Of a DNA stretch of 64,000 nt, positions 29,615-40,384 are shown in pieces. The position numbers and the translations under genes are program-made. A model generated the notes under the pieces. The model made no database searches, was not told the DNA's origin, and worked only from the letters and a program-made list of their open reading frames with translations. Position 1 is the first letter of the stretch; the number at the start of each line of letters is the position of its first letter. Source of the DNA: a bacterium (GTDB lineage: Bacteria > Electryoneota > JAOADG01); the NCBI GenBank assembly GCA_963681965.1, contig OY820579.1:2784001-2848000 (forward strand), written 5' to 3'.

Positions 29615-30297
29615 AGCGAGTTGGTGTAGTCATCTTTCCCGGTACTAATTGCGATCAGGAAGCAATTCGCGTCTTCGACCAATCCGAGCAGTTTTCGGTA
29701 ACCGACCTTTGGTACGATGATCCACTGCCGGGTAATCTTGATCTAGTGATCCTACCGGGTGGATGGTCGTACGGCGATACCCTCCGCGCCGGTGCGATTG
29801 CACGATTCTCCAAAATTATGCCGGGAGTAATCGATCATGCCAATCGGGGCGGATTGGTTATGGGTATATGCAATGGTTTCCAAATATTGACTGAATCAGG
29901 TCTGTTACCGGGTGCATTAGCTCGAAACTCGTCGTTACGGTTTCGCTGTGAAGTCGTTCACTGTCGAATTGAATCGGCGAAAACGCCATTCTTCAATGGA
30001 TTAGTTGCCGGATCGGTGGTTCCGTTACCGATCGCGCACGGTGAAGGACGCTTCGTCGCTGATACTGTAACGCTCAAGCAGTTGGAAGATGACGGACTGA
30101 TCGCTCTTCGATATTGCACCACTACGGGTGAAACTAGCAACTCAGCCAATCCAAATGGATCGATCAATAATATTGCCGGCATTGTCAGTCGCAATGGTAA
30201 TGTCTTTGGATTGATGCCGCATCCTGAACGGCTGGCAAACGAATTAGTGAATGGACTCGCCGGTTATCCATTAATGACCGCATGGGCGAGTGCATGA
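29611..30297 (+). CDS. purQ: FGAM synthase glutaminase subunit PurQ
   Basis: FPGTNCD, PGGWSYGD.LRAGA, GICNGFQIL, AHGEG, MPHPER. Confidence 0.95.
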   Translation: MKRVGVVIFPGTNCDQEAIRVFDQSEQFSVTDLWYDDPLPGNLDLVILPGGWSYGDTLRAGAIARFSKIMPGVIDHANRGGLVMGICNGFQILTESGLLPGALARNSSLRFRCEVVHCRIESAKTPFFNGLVAGSVVPLPIAHGEGRFVADTVTLKQLEDDGLIALRYCTTTGETSNSANPNGSINNIAGIVSRNGNVFGLMPHPERLANELVNGLAGYPLMTAWASA

Positions 30298-30539
30298 TTG
30301 GAGGGATGGAAATTGCCCTCGTTGCAGTATTGGCGCTGTTTCTACTCCGCACTGATGAAATTGTGAAAGTAGTTCGTGTCTGGAAAAATGTTCGCGGAGT
30401 CATTCGCGACACAAAAGCTGAAGTAACCGATGCATTGGTCAAACCGATCAAAGAAGCAATTTCCGAACAACGGAAATCGATCGATCGGGAATTAATCGAT
30501 CCCATCAAAGAATCCTTTCAAGATCCAAAACAGGGATGA
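30294..30539 (+). CDS. Small TatA/TatB-like membrane protein
   Basis: MIGGMEIALVAVLALFLL N-terminal helix plus amphipathic helix; lacks the canonical FG hinge. Confidence 0.5.
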   Translation: MIGGMEIALVAVLALFLLRTDEIVKVVRVWKNVRGVIRDTKAEVTDALVKPIKEAISEQRKSIDRELIDPIKESFQDPKQG

Positions 30540-30546
30540 TGAAATC

Positions 30547-31968
30547 GTGAAACAAACGATTGCTACCATTGCCGATCAAGTTAATTTTGGTATTCTCGAT
30601 GCACGCGATCGGGTCGAAACCAGTTGTGCGACGATCGAGGAATACGAATATTTAAATGCAACGCGGTTCCTGCTTCGCGATCGCGCTATGCGACAAGCCG
30701 AAAAAATCCAAAAAGCCATTTCAGCCGGAAAACAATTTCCGCTTGCAGGCATTACACTTGCCGTCAAAGACAATATTGCTACCGAAGGGGATGAAACTAC
30801 CGCCGGATCGCGGATATTGGAAGGTTATCGCTCACCGTTTACTGCAACTGCTGTTCAACGCTTGGAAGAAGCCGGCGCTATCGTCGTTGCCAAAACCAAT
30901 CTCGATGAATTTGCGATGGGTTCTTCCGGTGAAAACTCAGCGTATGGCGCTACGCTTCATCCATTCGACACCGAGCGTGTTCCCGGGGGTTCCTCCAGTG
31001 GATCGGCAGCTCTGGTTGCGGTAAATGCCGTCGATGGTGCACTCGGCAGTGAAACCGGTGGATCGGTTCGTCAACCTGCATCTTTCTGCGGTATTGTCGG
31101 TGTAAAGCCGACCTATGGTCGCGTATCGCGCTATGGATTGATCGCGTTTGCATCGTCATTGGATCAAATCAGTCCGTTTGCCCGAACGGTAGCAGATGCC
31201 GAAGCAATTTTATATACCATGTCGGGCGGGGATGTTCGAGACGCGACCAGCGCTCGGGAGCCCGTTCCTGCGATAGGCGAAGAACAAGGTGGTGGTGTCC
31301 AACGGTTGAAAATCGCCGCATTGAAATTGTCACACGATCTTCAACCCGCACCGGCAGTGATGGACGGTTATCAACGTGCAATGCATTTGCTGGCAGATGA
31401 AGGCGCAGAAGTCGAAGAAGTCGAACTACCTTCATTCGAGTTATCGGTTGCGATATATTACATCATAGCCACCGCCGAGGCTTCTTCCAATTTGGCACGA
31501 TACGATGGTGGAAGATACGGTTCGCGTGTAACTGCCGAAGGTCTTCGCGAAATGTATCGAAGTTCCAGGGGACAAGGATTTGGTAAAGAAGTCAAACGGC
31601 GAATACTGCTCGGTACATTTGTACTTTCTTCAGGTTTTATCGATGCTTATTACCGTAAAGCGATGCTCGTCCGGCGAAAGATGGCAAATGAATATTCGGA
31701 ATTGATGAATCGGTTCGATTGTTTGCTTCTTCCTACTTCGCCGACTACCGCCTTTCGGATCGGTGAACGTATTTCCGATCCAGTTTCGATGTATTTGAGT
31801 GATATCTTCACCATCCCTGCAAACATGGTCGGTTGTCCGGCGATTTCAGTACCCTTCGGTCTCGATGGAAATCATTTGCCGATCGGCTTGCAGGTTATGG
31901 GAAAATCTTTTCAGGAACCACGAATGTTTCGAGTTGCTGAAACACTGGAGCGATTGGCACAATCATGA
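30547..31968 (+). CDS. gatA: Glu/Asp-tRNA amidotransferase subunit A
   Basis: VKDNI, NLDEFAMGSS, PGGSSSGSAA, GGSVRQPA, EASSNLARYDG, EVKRRILLG. Confidence 0.95.
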   Translation: MKQTIATIADQVNFGILDARDRVETSCATIEEYEYLNATRFLLRDRAMRQAEKIQKAISAGKQFPLAGITLAVKDNIATEGDETTAGSRILEGYRSPFTATAVQRLEEAGAIVVAKTNLDEFAMGSSGENSAYGATLHPFDTERVPGGSSSGSAALVAVNAVDGALGSETGGSVRQPASFCGIVGVKPTYGRVSRYGLIAFASSLDQISPFARTVADAEAILYTMSGGDVRDATSAREPVPAIGEEQGGGVQRLKIAALKLSHDLQPAPAVMDGYQRAMHLLADEGAEVEEVELPSFELSVAIYYIIATAEASSNLARYDGGRYGSRVTAEGLREMYRSSRGQGFGKEVKRRILLGTFVLSSGFIDAYYRKAMLVRRKMANEYSELMNRFDCLLLPTSPTTAFRIGERISDPVSMYLSDIFTIPANMVGCPAISVPFGLDGNHLPIGLQVMGKSFQEPRMFRVAETLERLAQS

Positions 31969-33410
31969 ACTGGGAACCGGTAATTGGGTTGGAAGTTCAC
32001 GTCCAACTTTTGACCAAAACAAAAATGTTTTGTGGCTGTTCTACTGCTGTTGGAAATGTTCCAAACACACAAGTATGTCCAGTCTGCATGGCGTTACCCG
32101 GAGCACTTCCGGTGCCAAATCGACAAGCAATCGAATTTGCTATTCGACTTGGATTGGCGTTTGGTTGCTCTATTCGTAACCGAACGAAATTCGATCGGAA
32201 AAATTATTTCTACCCAGATCTTCCCAAAGGTTATCAAATAAGCCAATTTGATGAACCGATTTGCGAAAATGGTAAGATTACCATTGCAACAGAAACTGGA
32301 CCGAAAGAAATCCGTATTCTCCGCATCCATCTGGAAGAGGATGCCGGAAAGAGCCTTCATACTGGCACCGACACGACGCTGGTCGATCTGAATCGATGCG
32401 GTGTCCCATTGCTCGAAATTGTTTCGCAGCCGGATGTGCGGACACCACAAGAAGCCTATCTTTATTTATCGGAAATCAAGCGAACAGTAGAGCAACTTGA
32501 AATTTCATCGGGAAATCTGGAAGAAGGGTCGATGCGTTGCGACGCCAATGTCTCGCTACGTGCTAATATTAATGCGGATTTTGGAACACGCTGCGAGATA
32601 AAAAACATCAACTCGTTGAAATACGTTTCCCGCGCAATCGAAGCTGAAATCGAACGGCAGTCCGATATTTTAAACAATGGCGGTACGATTGAACAGCAAA
32701 CACTGACATTTGACGAGAAATCTGGTCGGAATAAATCGCTTCGCAGCAAGGAGGAAAGTCGCGACTACCGTTATTTTCCCGAACCCGATCTTGTAAAATT
32801 CACTGTTCCCGACGAATGGATTGCAGAAGTTAAGAATTTTATCCCGATGTGGAAACGCGATTACGATCGGAGAAAATCCGAATGCGATTTGAGCGATTCT
32901 GAACTAGATCAACTAACGCAATTTCCCGAGTTGGGCACCTATTTCGATCGCGTAACAGAGCATTTAATCGCGCTGGATATTGATCGCGAAAACCGCAAGA
33001 AAGCTACACGCTGGGTTCTGAATGAAGCGCAAGCCCAATTCAAACTTCGAAATGAATCGCCGCTGACTTCGCGATTGTCACCTGAAATTCTAGCTCAAAT
33101 TGTTGTGAAAGTGATTAAGAACGAGATCAACAACAATACTGGCAAAGATTTACTCGAACGGATGCACACAGAGACTCGATCGCTGAATGAAATCATTGCT
33201 ACCGAAGGTTTATCGAAAGTCAGTGATACCGGATTTGTCGAGACGATTGTCCGACAAGTGATCGAAAACTTCAGTTCACAAGTGGAAGAGTATCGCAGTG
33301 GAAAAGCGAAAGTATTCGAATTTCTTCTTGGTCAGATCATGAAGTTGTCACGTGGCAAAGCCGACCCCGATACAGCACGAAAGATCTTGAAGAGTGCGTT
33401 GGATCAGTAA
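31965..33410 (+). CDS. gatB: Glu/Asp-tRNA amidotransferase subunit B
   Basis: IGLEVHVQL, FDRKNYFYPDLPKGYQISQ, HLEEDAGK, RCDANVS, DYRYFPEPDL. Confidence 0.96.
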   Translation: MNWEPVIGLEVHVQLLTKTKMFCGCSTAVGNVPNTQVCPVCMALPGALPVPNRQAIEFAIRLGLAFGCSIRNRTKFDRKNYFYPDLPKGYQISQFDEPICENGKITIATETGPKEIRILRIHLEEDAGKSLHTGTDTTLVDLNRCGVPLLEIVSQPDVRTPQEAYLYLSEIKRTVEQLEISSGNLEEGSMRCDANVSLRANINADFGTRCEIKNINSLKYVSRAIEAEIERQSDILNNGGTIEQQTLTFDEKSGRNKSLRSKEESRDYRYFPEPDLVKFTVPDEWIAEVKNFIPMWKRDYDRRKSECDLSDSELDQLTQFPELGTYFDRVTEHLIALDIDRENRKKATRWVLNEAQAQFKLRNESPLTSRLSPEILAQIVVKVIKNEINNNTGKDLLERMHTETRSLNEIIATEGLSKVSDTGFVETIVRQVIENFSSQVEEYRSGKAKVFEFLLGQIMKLSRGKADPDTARKILKSALDQ

Positions 33411-35103
33411 AGTAGCGATATTTATTATCTTGCTTACCTTTGCCGGTAATGCAATCGCTTTAGACTATAAAGCGATCTTTTGGCACGCCAATAGCGCTTC
33501 CGATACTATTCTGGTAGAACGAATCGCAACGAGTATTGCCGAAAAATTGTATGAACGCGGGATACTGATTTCACCGGATTCGATTCGATCGATTTGTGGC
33601 GAGTCTGTTTTCGACGCAACGAGCAATGCTCGTGAACAATTTTTTCAAAAATTTCGAACTGCCACACGAATCGATATTATGGTTCGAAGGTTTGGTGGTT
33701 CGGTTAGTGCAACAGCTTACTCAACTAATCTTCAAACCTCCGATTCACTTCGAATATTTTATCCGGGTACTACAATTGAAGTTTCCGATTGGATTGAATT
33801 TCAACTTACGAAATGGATATTGCCTAGCTATTCGGTACAAACTTCCAATTTAAAGGCAAGACTGGAAGTCGACGGTTTACCTCTAGGTGCCGAGATTTAC
33901 ATCGACGGAAAACCCACTGGATCAAGAATCCCAGCACGATTCGATTCGATCGATGCAGGCATACATCTCGTCGAAATCGTCGGCAAAAATGTTGCTGCAT
34001 CAAAAGTGAATTGTTATCCGAATACAATTGCCGGTGTTCAATTAAAAGGACGTGAAGTAAAAGCGTTGTTGGAAATATTAACAAATCCACCGGGACTGAA
34101 TGTTGCCATCGACGATGTAAATAGTGGCGCAACTCCGTATTTGCGGGAATCACCAGCCGGCAGCTATAGTATCACTGTTGGTGGCGGTGAACACGAAGAA
34201 TTAGTTCGATTGGTTGATATTGTTGAACACGAATGGCGGGTCATTAATCTAACACCAAGAATTATGAATCGGGTTGTCGTGGTTACCACTCCTCCCGGCG
34301 CGGTATTGTATAATGGTCCGGTTCGAGTAGGTACTTCAGGCGATACATTGACATGTTCTCCCGAAGGTGAAGATTGGACAGCCGATCATCCCTATGCTTA
34401 TCCTGCGCCAATTCATGTGAAAGGGGAGCCGAGAAAAATTTCTTTTCTCGAAGTCAGACTACCTCCGGCACATTCATTTCTCTGGTTGAAGAATTGGTAT
34501 CATTTATCTCATCTTACAATCGATGAAAGCGAAATCGCCGTTACTCGACCGGATAGTCAATCTATTCCCGCCGGAAAGCACGAAGTCGCGATCCTTACAC
34601 CTGGTTTTAAAACCCGAAAGTTTCCAATCGATTTGCAGCGTGGTGCGTTAGAATCGATCGAAGCCCAACCGATACCTTCTCCAAGTTGGAAAGCAGCCGC
34701 AATGTCATTAGTGGTTCCGGGACTAGGTCAATTTGCCGACGGTAATCGTATTCGGGGGGCTGCATTTCTAGTTGCAGCTATTATATCCAGTTCTGGTTGG
34801 AGACAGGCTGATCGATCATTGGTAGATCGCATCAATCAAGCACAAAGTGCCGATAGAAATTATTATAAAGCATTGTCGACTTCGACTGCAATTCAATGGC
34901 ATCAGATCGCCGATAGTCGGTGGAGTAGCGCATCGCAACAATCGAATAAACGCAATCTTTGGGCGTCATCGGCTATTGCAATCTGGGGACTAGCAGCATT
35001 GGATCGAATCGTTTTCCCAACACGCGAATTAAAACCAGCCGATTTTCCAGCAGGTTCCGGTATTCGTGTCGAATTTCCTATACCAGGGCGGAAAATCAAA
35101 TGA
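33394..35103 (+). CDS. PEGA-domain secreted/membrane protein
   Basis: Signal peptide; PEGA repeats (LPLGAEIYIDG, TNPPGLNVAID, TTPPGAVL); C-terminal SLVVPGLGQF motif. Confidence 0.75.
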   Translation: MRWISKVAIFIILLTFAGNAIALDYKAIFWHANSASDTILVERIATSIAEKLYERGILISPDSIRSICGESVFDATSNAREQFFQKFRTATRIDIMVRRFGGSVSATAYSTNLQTSDSLRIFYPGTTIEVSDWIEFQLTKWILPSYSVQTSNLKARLEVDGLPLGAEIYIDGKPTGSRIPARFDSIDAGIHLVEIVGKNVAASKVNCYPNTIAGVQLKGREVKALLEILTNPPGLNVAIDDVNSGATPYLRESPAGSYSITVGGGEHEELVRLVDIVEHEWRVINLTPRIMNRVVVVTTPPGAVLYNGPVRVGTSGDTLTCSPEGEDWTADHPYAYPAPIHVKGEPRKISFLEVRLPPAHSFLWLKNWYHLSHLTIDESEIAVTRPDSQSIPAGKHEVAILTPGFKTRKFPIDLQRGALESIEAQPIPSPSWKAAAMSLVVPGLGQFADGNRIRGAAFLVAAIISSSGWRQADRSLVDRINQAQSADRNYYKALSTSTAIQWHQIADSRWSSASQQSNKRNLWASSAIAIWGLAALDRIVFPTRELKPADFPAGSGIRVEFPIPGRKIK

Positions 35104-37094
35104 AACCAATGAGATTCATTTTATTTATTCTGCTAACAATCGGTATTATGCTGATCCAGTGTACGAAGCTACCTGACCGATCATCAGTATATAATCCATT
35201 TGAAAATGGATCGGAAAATATCTTTCAACCGAGCGTCACTCTTTCAGATGGCGGTGCTTTAATTAGGTGGCAGCGCCCGACAATTGATTTTGAGCGAATA
35301 TTAATTTATCGAGGCGAAAGCCCGATGCTTGACAGTATGCGATTATTGGGTTGGTATCCAATCGATTCGACACGATTTATCGATCGATCGATCATTGATG
35401 GAAATATCTACTATTATGCACTGGTAGGTGAAAATTCCAATGGTCGTACTCATGTCAGTCCATCTATCGCACTTAGATTGTTTCTTCCCATTATCGCGAT
35501 CGATGGCGATAGCAGTTTTACGTATGAGCGAACTGTAGGATTGACAATTATTGCATCGCGTGCGCGATCGATGTGGATTGGCGGGTCCCCAACTGATCCA
35601 AATGCCAGTTGGCAAATGCTCCAGCGCAATGTCCGATATACACTTTCCAATGGTCGCGGGAAGAAGTATATCTACGTAAAATTGGCATTCGTCACAGGTG
35701 ATACTTCCGAATTTATTACCGATTCGATAACTACTGTTCCAGTCACAGGTAGATTTGTTACTACCGATACGGCGCATTATGTAAATTACAATCGAATCAT
35801 TCTGAATATTACGGCATCTGGTGCAACCAAGATGCGGTTCTCAAACGATCCGAATTTTGTTAATGTTCCATTTAAATCATTTGCGACTCGGGACACTTTC
35901 TATTTGAGTGATCCCGACGGATCGAAGCGAATTTTCGGACAATTCGACAATAACTTCGGCGAACCGGTTAATTCCGATACATCGTTACAATTAATATTGG
36001 ATCGGTATGCACATATTAACTCGCTGACAGAGAACTCGAACGGTCGGGCACTGGCTCTTCAACAATCTGTTGCGGTGCGCATGGATGTGGGGGAAATCGG
36101 GGGTAACGCTTGGATACGGATGATCGATTCGCTGGGGAATCGACGCGATAGTATTCCGCTTTACGACCCGCAGAACACCGGAGTTTATACAACTATATAT
36201 CCTGTTTGGTTCGGTCACAATATTTATCGGGGTTACTTAATTGGTAATTACAGCGATCTGGCAGGAAATAATGCGGAAGACACTGCTGGCACAAGGATTA
36301 CAATCAGTCTTGCCAACGATGAAATGGTGCCATTAGCAGGTGGTACATTCATCATGGGTAGCGTCACCGGAACCGATGAAGAACGACCACCGCATTTTGT
36401 TTCGATATCACCATTTCAACTTGATCGATATGAAATCACCAATCGAACATTTGCCATATTTTTGTCATCCGGAACGGGAAATATTCGATACTGGCACCCT
36501 AGTATGAAGATCAGTCGATCTGGCAATACGTGTACTGCGATGCCACAATTCGAAAACCATCCCGTTCGGTTTGTTAGTTATGAAGCTGCTACGGCTTATG
36601 CACAATGGATTGGAAAGCGACTTCCAACCGAAGCTGAGTGGGAATTTGCCGCTCGAGGATCAGCCAACCGAGTTTACCCGTGGGGGAATAGCAGCAATAT
36701 CGGTCGACAAGTGAACGGACACCCTTCCCTCATCACTACACCGCGACCGGATTATTCAATTCGAATCGATTCGACAACTACACCAGTTGGTTTCTACGAT
36801 GGTAATCTAAATCAAAATTATCAAACGAATAATGGTGCTACACCTGAAGGAATTCACGATCTAGCGGGTAATGTCGAGGAGTGGGTTAGCGATTGGTATG
36901 ATTTCTCTTATTATGCCACTTCACCATCCGACAACCCTCGTGGACCAGAAACCGGCGATTACCGTATCGTTCGCGGTGGAAGTTATTTCAATGGCTCATT
37001 CGATCTAAGATCCTCAAAACGTGTTGCGACAATTCCTTCTGCGCAATTTGAAACAATCGGTTTTCGTTGTGCCACATCACGGACGGCAAAATAA
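35100..37094 (+). CDS. Probable lipoprotein with FN3-like region and C-terminal FGE-sulfatase (SUMF1-like) domain
   Basis: Hydrophobic leader ending MLIQC; FIMGS, EITN, HPVRFVS, KRLPTEAEWEFAARG, DLAGNVEEW, RGGS...GFRC. Confidence 0.85.
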   Translation: MKPMRFILFILLTIGIMLIQCTKLPDRSSVYNPFENGSENIFQPSVTLSDGGALIRWQRPTIDFERILIYRGESPMLDSMRLLGWYPIDSTRFIDRSIIDGNIYYYALVGENSNGRTHVSPSIALRLFLPIIAIDGDSSFTYERTVGLTIIASRARSMWIGGSPTDPNASWQMLQRNVRYTLSNGRGKKYIYVKLAFVTGDTSEFITDSITTVPVTGRFVTTDTAHYVNYNRIILNITASGATKMRFSNDPNFVNVPFKSFATRDTFYLSDPDGSKRIFGQFDNNFGEPVNSDTSLQLILDRYAHINSLTENSNGRALALQQSVAVRMDVGEIGGNAWIRMIDSLGNRRDSIPLYDPQNTGVYTTIYPVWFGHNIYRGYLIGNYSDLAGNNAEDTAGTRITISLANDEMVPLAGGTFIMGSVTGTDEERPPHFVSISPFQLDRYEITNRTFAIFLSSGTGNIRYWHPSMKISRSGNTCTAMPQFENHPVRFVSYEAATAYAQWIGKRLPTEAEWEFAARGSANRVYPWGNSSNIGRQVNGHPSLITTPRPDYSIRIDSTTTPVGFYDGNLNQNYQTNNGATPEGIHDLAGNVEEWVSDWYDFSYYATSPSDNPRGPETGDYRIVRGGSYFNGSFDLRSSKRVATIPSAQFETIGFRCATSRTAK

Positions 37095-40000
37095 TGATCT
37101 GGGAATTACACGAAGTTCGCATGGTGGGCTTTAAATCGTTTTCACGTCGTACAAAAGTGGGACTTGGAAAAGGTTTAACGGCAATAGTTGGTTCCAATGG
37201 CTGCGGAAAGACCAATATTGCCGATGCCGTTCGCTTTGCGTTAGGCGAAATGCGACCACACCAACTCCGTGTAGAAAATCTTGAAGATGTAATCTTTGCT
37301 GGAACTGCCAATGCAACCCCAGTAGTTGTTGCAGAAGTAACGTTGACTTTTGTCGATCGTGAATCTGACGGTGTCTTTACGATTACCCGTCGCTTGACTC
37401 GAGGTGGTGATACTGAGTACCGAATCGATGGACAACCCGCACGATTAAAGGATCTGCAGCGGAAATTGGAGCAGATCGGAATCGTTTCACAACGCGGTGT
37501 AGTGGTCGAACTGCGACATATGGACGAAGTTCTGATTGACGGTAGTAAACTTCCCCGACTCATGGTCGAAGAAGGGTGCGGAATTGCACCTTTTCTAGAG
37601 CGGCGCAATCATGCCCAATCTAAACTGGATGATGCACTTCGCTCGCTTGAACTGTTAGAACCACGCATTCAACAGATCAATTTAGATCTCGAACGTCTTG
37701 CACAACAAGCACAGCGAGCCAAACGATGGCGAAATACCCGGGATGCGCTCGACCGGGCACGCAACAGCGAGCAGTGGGGGGAAGTGCGCCGCCTTCGAAC
37801 CGAAATCGATTCACTGACAACAAACCTCGAACAACTTCGTGCCGATAATTCCTCCGAAAGCGAATTAGTTCAAGTACAAGCCGATATTGCTCAGACTGAA
37901 GAAGCTTATCAATCGATTCAAAATAATTGGGAAACTATTACTGACGAGCTGTTTGCATTGGGAACCACTCGTGAATCGGCAGCACTCAAGATTAAAGAAT
38001 TCGAATTAAGACGAGTAAAAAACGAAACTCTGATAGAGACTTCGAAGGAAGATTTAAAGCGCATTGATGCCGAATTGTTGGAAATTTCCGAAGAAAAACC
38101 AAATACCCTTATAGAAGAAATTGATCGCGCTAGTAAAGAGCTGAATCGAATCTCGACCGATTTATTGGAGCGTGAAGAATCCTATCGATTGTTATCTAAA
38201 GAACACGAAAATAATCAAAAACTGAAAAATGAATTCGAACAAAACCGTTTTCGAGTACAGAGCACAATCCAAACACTAATCGATTCACGAAATCGACTTT
38301 CGAATCAAATCAACGATCTGTCTCCATTACCAGTCCAAGATCCTGCAATAGGAACTGAGCTAGAACACTTAATTACCGAAAAATTGCAGGAAGAAAAGGA
38401 ATTTCAACTCCTAGCTGATCGACAGAAAACTGCTGTTGCATTACTTGATGAACAGCACCAGTTGTTGATGACAGATTTAGCCAATGTGCGTGGTGATAAA
38501 GGAAGGCAAGAACGTGAGATTCTCTGGATTGAACGAATGCTTGCCGATCGTCCCGACCTATCACAGGAACTGCGTGAATTTATCAAGAAACATGCCCGCG
38601 AAATCCAATTGATTCGAGACGAAGGTAACGACAATGCGATGCTGTTGTATCAAATTGCTTCAACCGATCGCATTATGTTACCGGAAAATCAAGTTTCGGC
38701 AATCTTAACCGATGCTTTAAAGCATAAATTCCGATGTGAATGGGCGATCAACACGGAAACGAAGCTCGTTGAGTTATCGCGATTGCTTCAAGAGAATCCC
38801 CCTCCCGGTGTGGAATGGATTGCTAGTGAAGGTGTTACCCGGGATGCCTCAGGCATTCTTCGAACGATCGGTGATGAAGAAAGCAGTGTTCCAGTTGGTT
38901 TACCAAAGCAATTGTCCTTGTTAAAAGAGAAATTAGCATCTTTACTTCAAAATGAACAAAGAAATGTTGACGAGTTAGCAACCGTATCAGAAAAATTGAA
39001 GGTTGCTCGGGACGATTATCGACTGGCAATCGATCAAATTGCGAAATCGACCATCAAACGATCTGAATTGGAACACCAATTAGTACAATTTCGAGCACAA
39101 GTTGCCGAAACGAATAATAGAAATCTTCTAAGACGTGCCGAACAAGAGCGACTAACCAAAGAAATCAATGATATATCCAGTCAGATCGAGAATTTAAAAT
39201 CCGAAGAAGCTATACTGGTTGCACCAGATTTTCCCGATCTAGTACCGACGTTAACGGATGCTGCAACTCTGATCGAAAATTTAAGAGACGAGAAGAATAA
39301 AACGGAGTATACGCTACATCGTCTGCAAATCGAGTTACGCAATTATGAAATTATTCTGGATCAACGAAAACAAAAACAAAAATTACTTATCCAGCGGCAG
39401 CTCGACAATCGCAAGAAAATTTCAGAGCTATCATCGGAAACTGAAACAATTCAACTTCAGTGGCAGAACACTCGAACAGAATTGACTGTGCTTGAACGGA
39501 AGGAAGCAGAACTTCAAGAACAACGAAACCAAATTGGACCATCGAGAAATCAAATTTCAGAAAAGCTGCAATCGACTCGAGTCAATTTGGAGATAATCAG
39601 AAATCGTGTGGAAGAGTGGCATACTCAGATTGCTCTTCATTCTGAGAAGTTGGTTCAATTGCAATCACAACTGACTGACCGAACACGATCGGCAAATGAA
39701 ACTGGACCGGAACCGAAAGAAACCGTCCGAGTTGGAGCCGAAGAGATTACGCGCCTTGAGCAGCGATTGAAATCATTGGAACCAGTCAATCACTTAGCTG
39801 AACAAGAATACGATACTTTGAAATCCGAAGTAGAGTTTCTTCATACCGAACGCAATCAGATTCGTGAAGCTGCAGAAATTCACCGTAAATCGGTCGATGA
39901 AGCAATTCGGTTTGCTGTCGAAAAGCTTACCGTGGCTAGAGTGCAGATTGAACAGAATTTTACCGATATCATCGCCCGATTGTTTCCGGGTGGCGAAGCT

Positions 40001-40384
40001 GCATTAGAGTGGGGAGAAGGTGATATTTTGACAGATGCCCCTCTCTTGCTGAAAGTATCTCCCAGAGGAAAGCGAATTCGATCGTTACGAATACTCTCCG
40101 GCGGTGAACGGGCTTTAGTTGCTTTGGCTTTTCTGGTAGCGGTACTGGGACAGAACCGCGCGCTTCCATTTCTTATCCTGGATGAAGTAGATGCCCCGTT
40201 GGATGAAGAGAATACTGTCCGTTTTTTACATTGGGTAAAAGATTTAACTGCAACCACGCAAGTCGTTTTACTCACTCACAATAGACAATCGATCGCTGCA
40301 TCGGATACATGGGTTGGCGTCACAATGCCCGAGCCGGGAATCTCGCAAACTGTGAAAGTAATCCCCGCCTTGGAGGAAACATGA
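37094..40384 (+). CDS. smc: SMC-family chromosome segregation ATPase (divergent)
   Basis: GFKSF, GSNGCGKTN Walker A, EDVIFAG, long coiled coils, LSGGE signature, LDEVDAPLD. Confidence 0.85.
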   Translation: MIWELHEVRMVGFKSFSRRTKVGLGKGLTAIVGSNGCGKTNIADAVRFALGEMRPHQLRVENLEDVIFAGTANATPVVVAEVTLTFVDRESDGVFTITRRLTRGGDTEYRIDGQPARLKDLQRKLEQIGIVSQRGVVVELRHMDEVLIDGSKLPRLMVEEGCGIAPFLERRNHAQSKLDDALRSLELLEPRIQQINLDLERLAQQAQRAKRWRNTRDALDRARNSEQWGEVRRLRTEIDSLTTNLEQLRADNSSESELVQVQADIAQTEEAYQSIQNNWETITDELFALGTTRESAALKIKEFELRRVKNETLIETSKEDLKRIDAELLEISEEKPNTLIEEIDRASKELNRISTDLLEREESYRLLSKEHENNQKLKNEFEQNRFRVQSTIQTLIDSRNRLSNQINDLSPLPVQDPAIGTELEHLITEKLQEEKEFQLLADRQKTAVALLDEQHQLLMTDLANVRGDKGRQEREILWIERMLADRPDLSQELREFIKKHAREIQLIRDEGNDNAMLLYQIASTDRIMLPENQVSAILTDALKHKFRCEWAINTETKLVELSRLLQENPPPGVEWIASEGVTRDASGILRTIGDEESSVPVGLPKQLSLLKEKLASLLQNEQRNVDELATVSEKLKVARDDYRLAIDQIAKSTIKRSELEHQLVQFRAQVAETNNRNLLRRAEQERLTKEINDISSQIENLKSEEAILVAPDFPDLVPTLTDAATLIENLRDEKNKTEYTLHRLQIELRNYEIILDQRKQKQKLLIQRQLDNRKKISELSSETETIQLQWQNTRTELTVLERKEAELQEQRNQIGPSRNQISEKLQSTRVNLEIIRNRVEEWHTQIALHSEKLVQLQSQLTDRTRSANETGPEPKETVRVGAEEITRLEQRLKSLEPVNHLAEQEYDTLKSEVEFLHTERNQIREAAEIHRKSVDEAIRFAVEKLTVARVQIEQNFTDIIARLFPGGEAALEWGEGDILTDAPLLLKVSPRGKRIRSLRILSGGERALVALAFLVAVLGQNRALPFLILDEVDAPLDEENTVRFLHWVKDLTATTQVVLLTHNRQSIAASDTWVGVTMPEPGISQTVKVIPALEET

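Noticed and set aside
36960-37075. DGR variable region in the FGE-fold C-terminus
   Set aside because: No template repeat or reverse transcriptase seen in the window
37094-40384. Wadjet/MksBEF or SbcC-type defence or repair system
   Set aside because: Head motifs are of housekeeping Smc type and no jetABD, mksEF or sbcD neighbours are present
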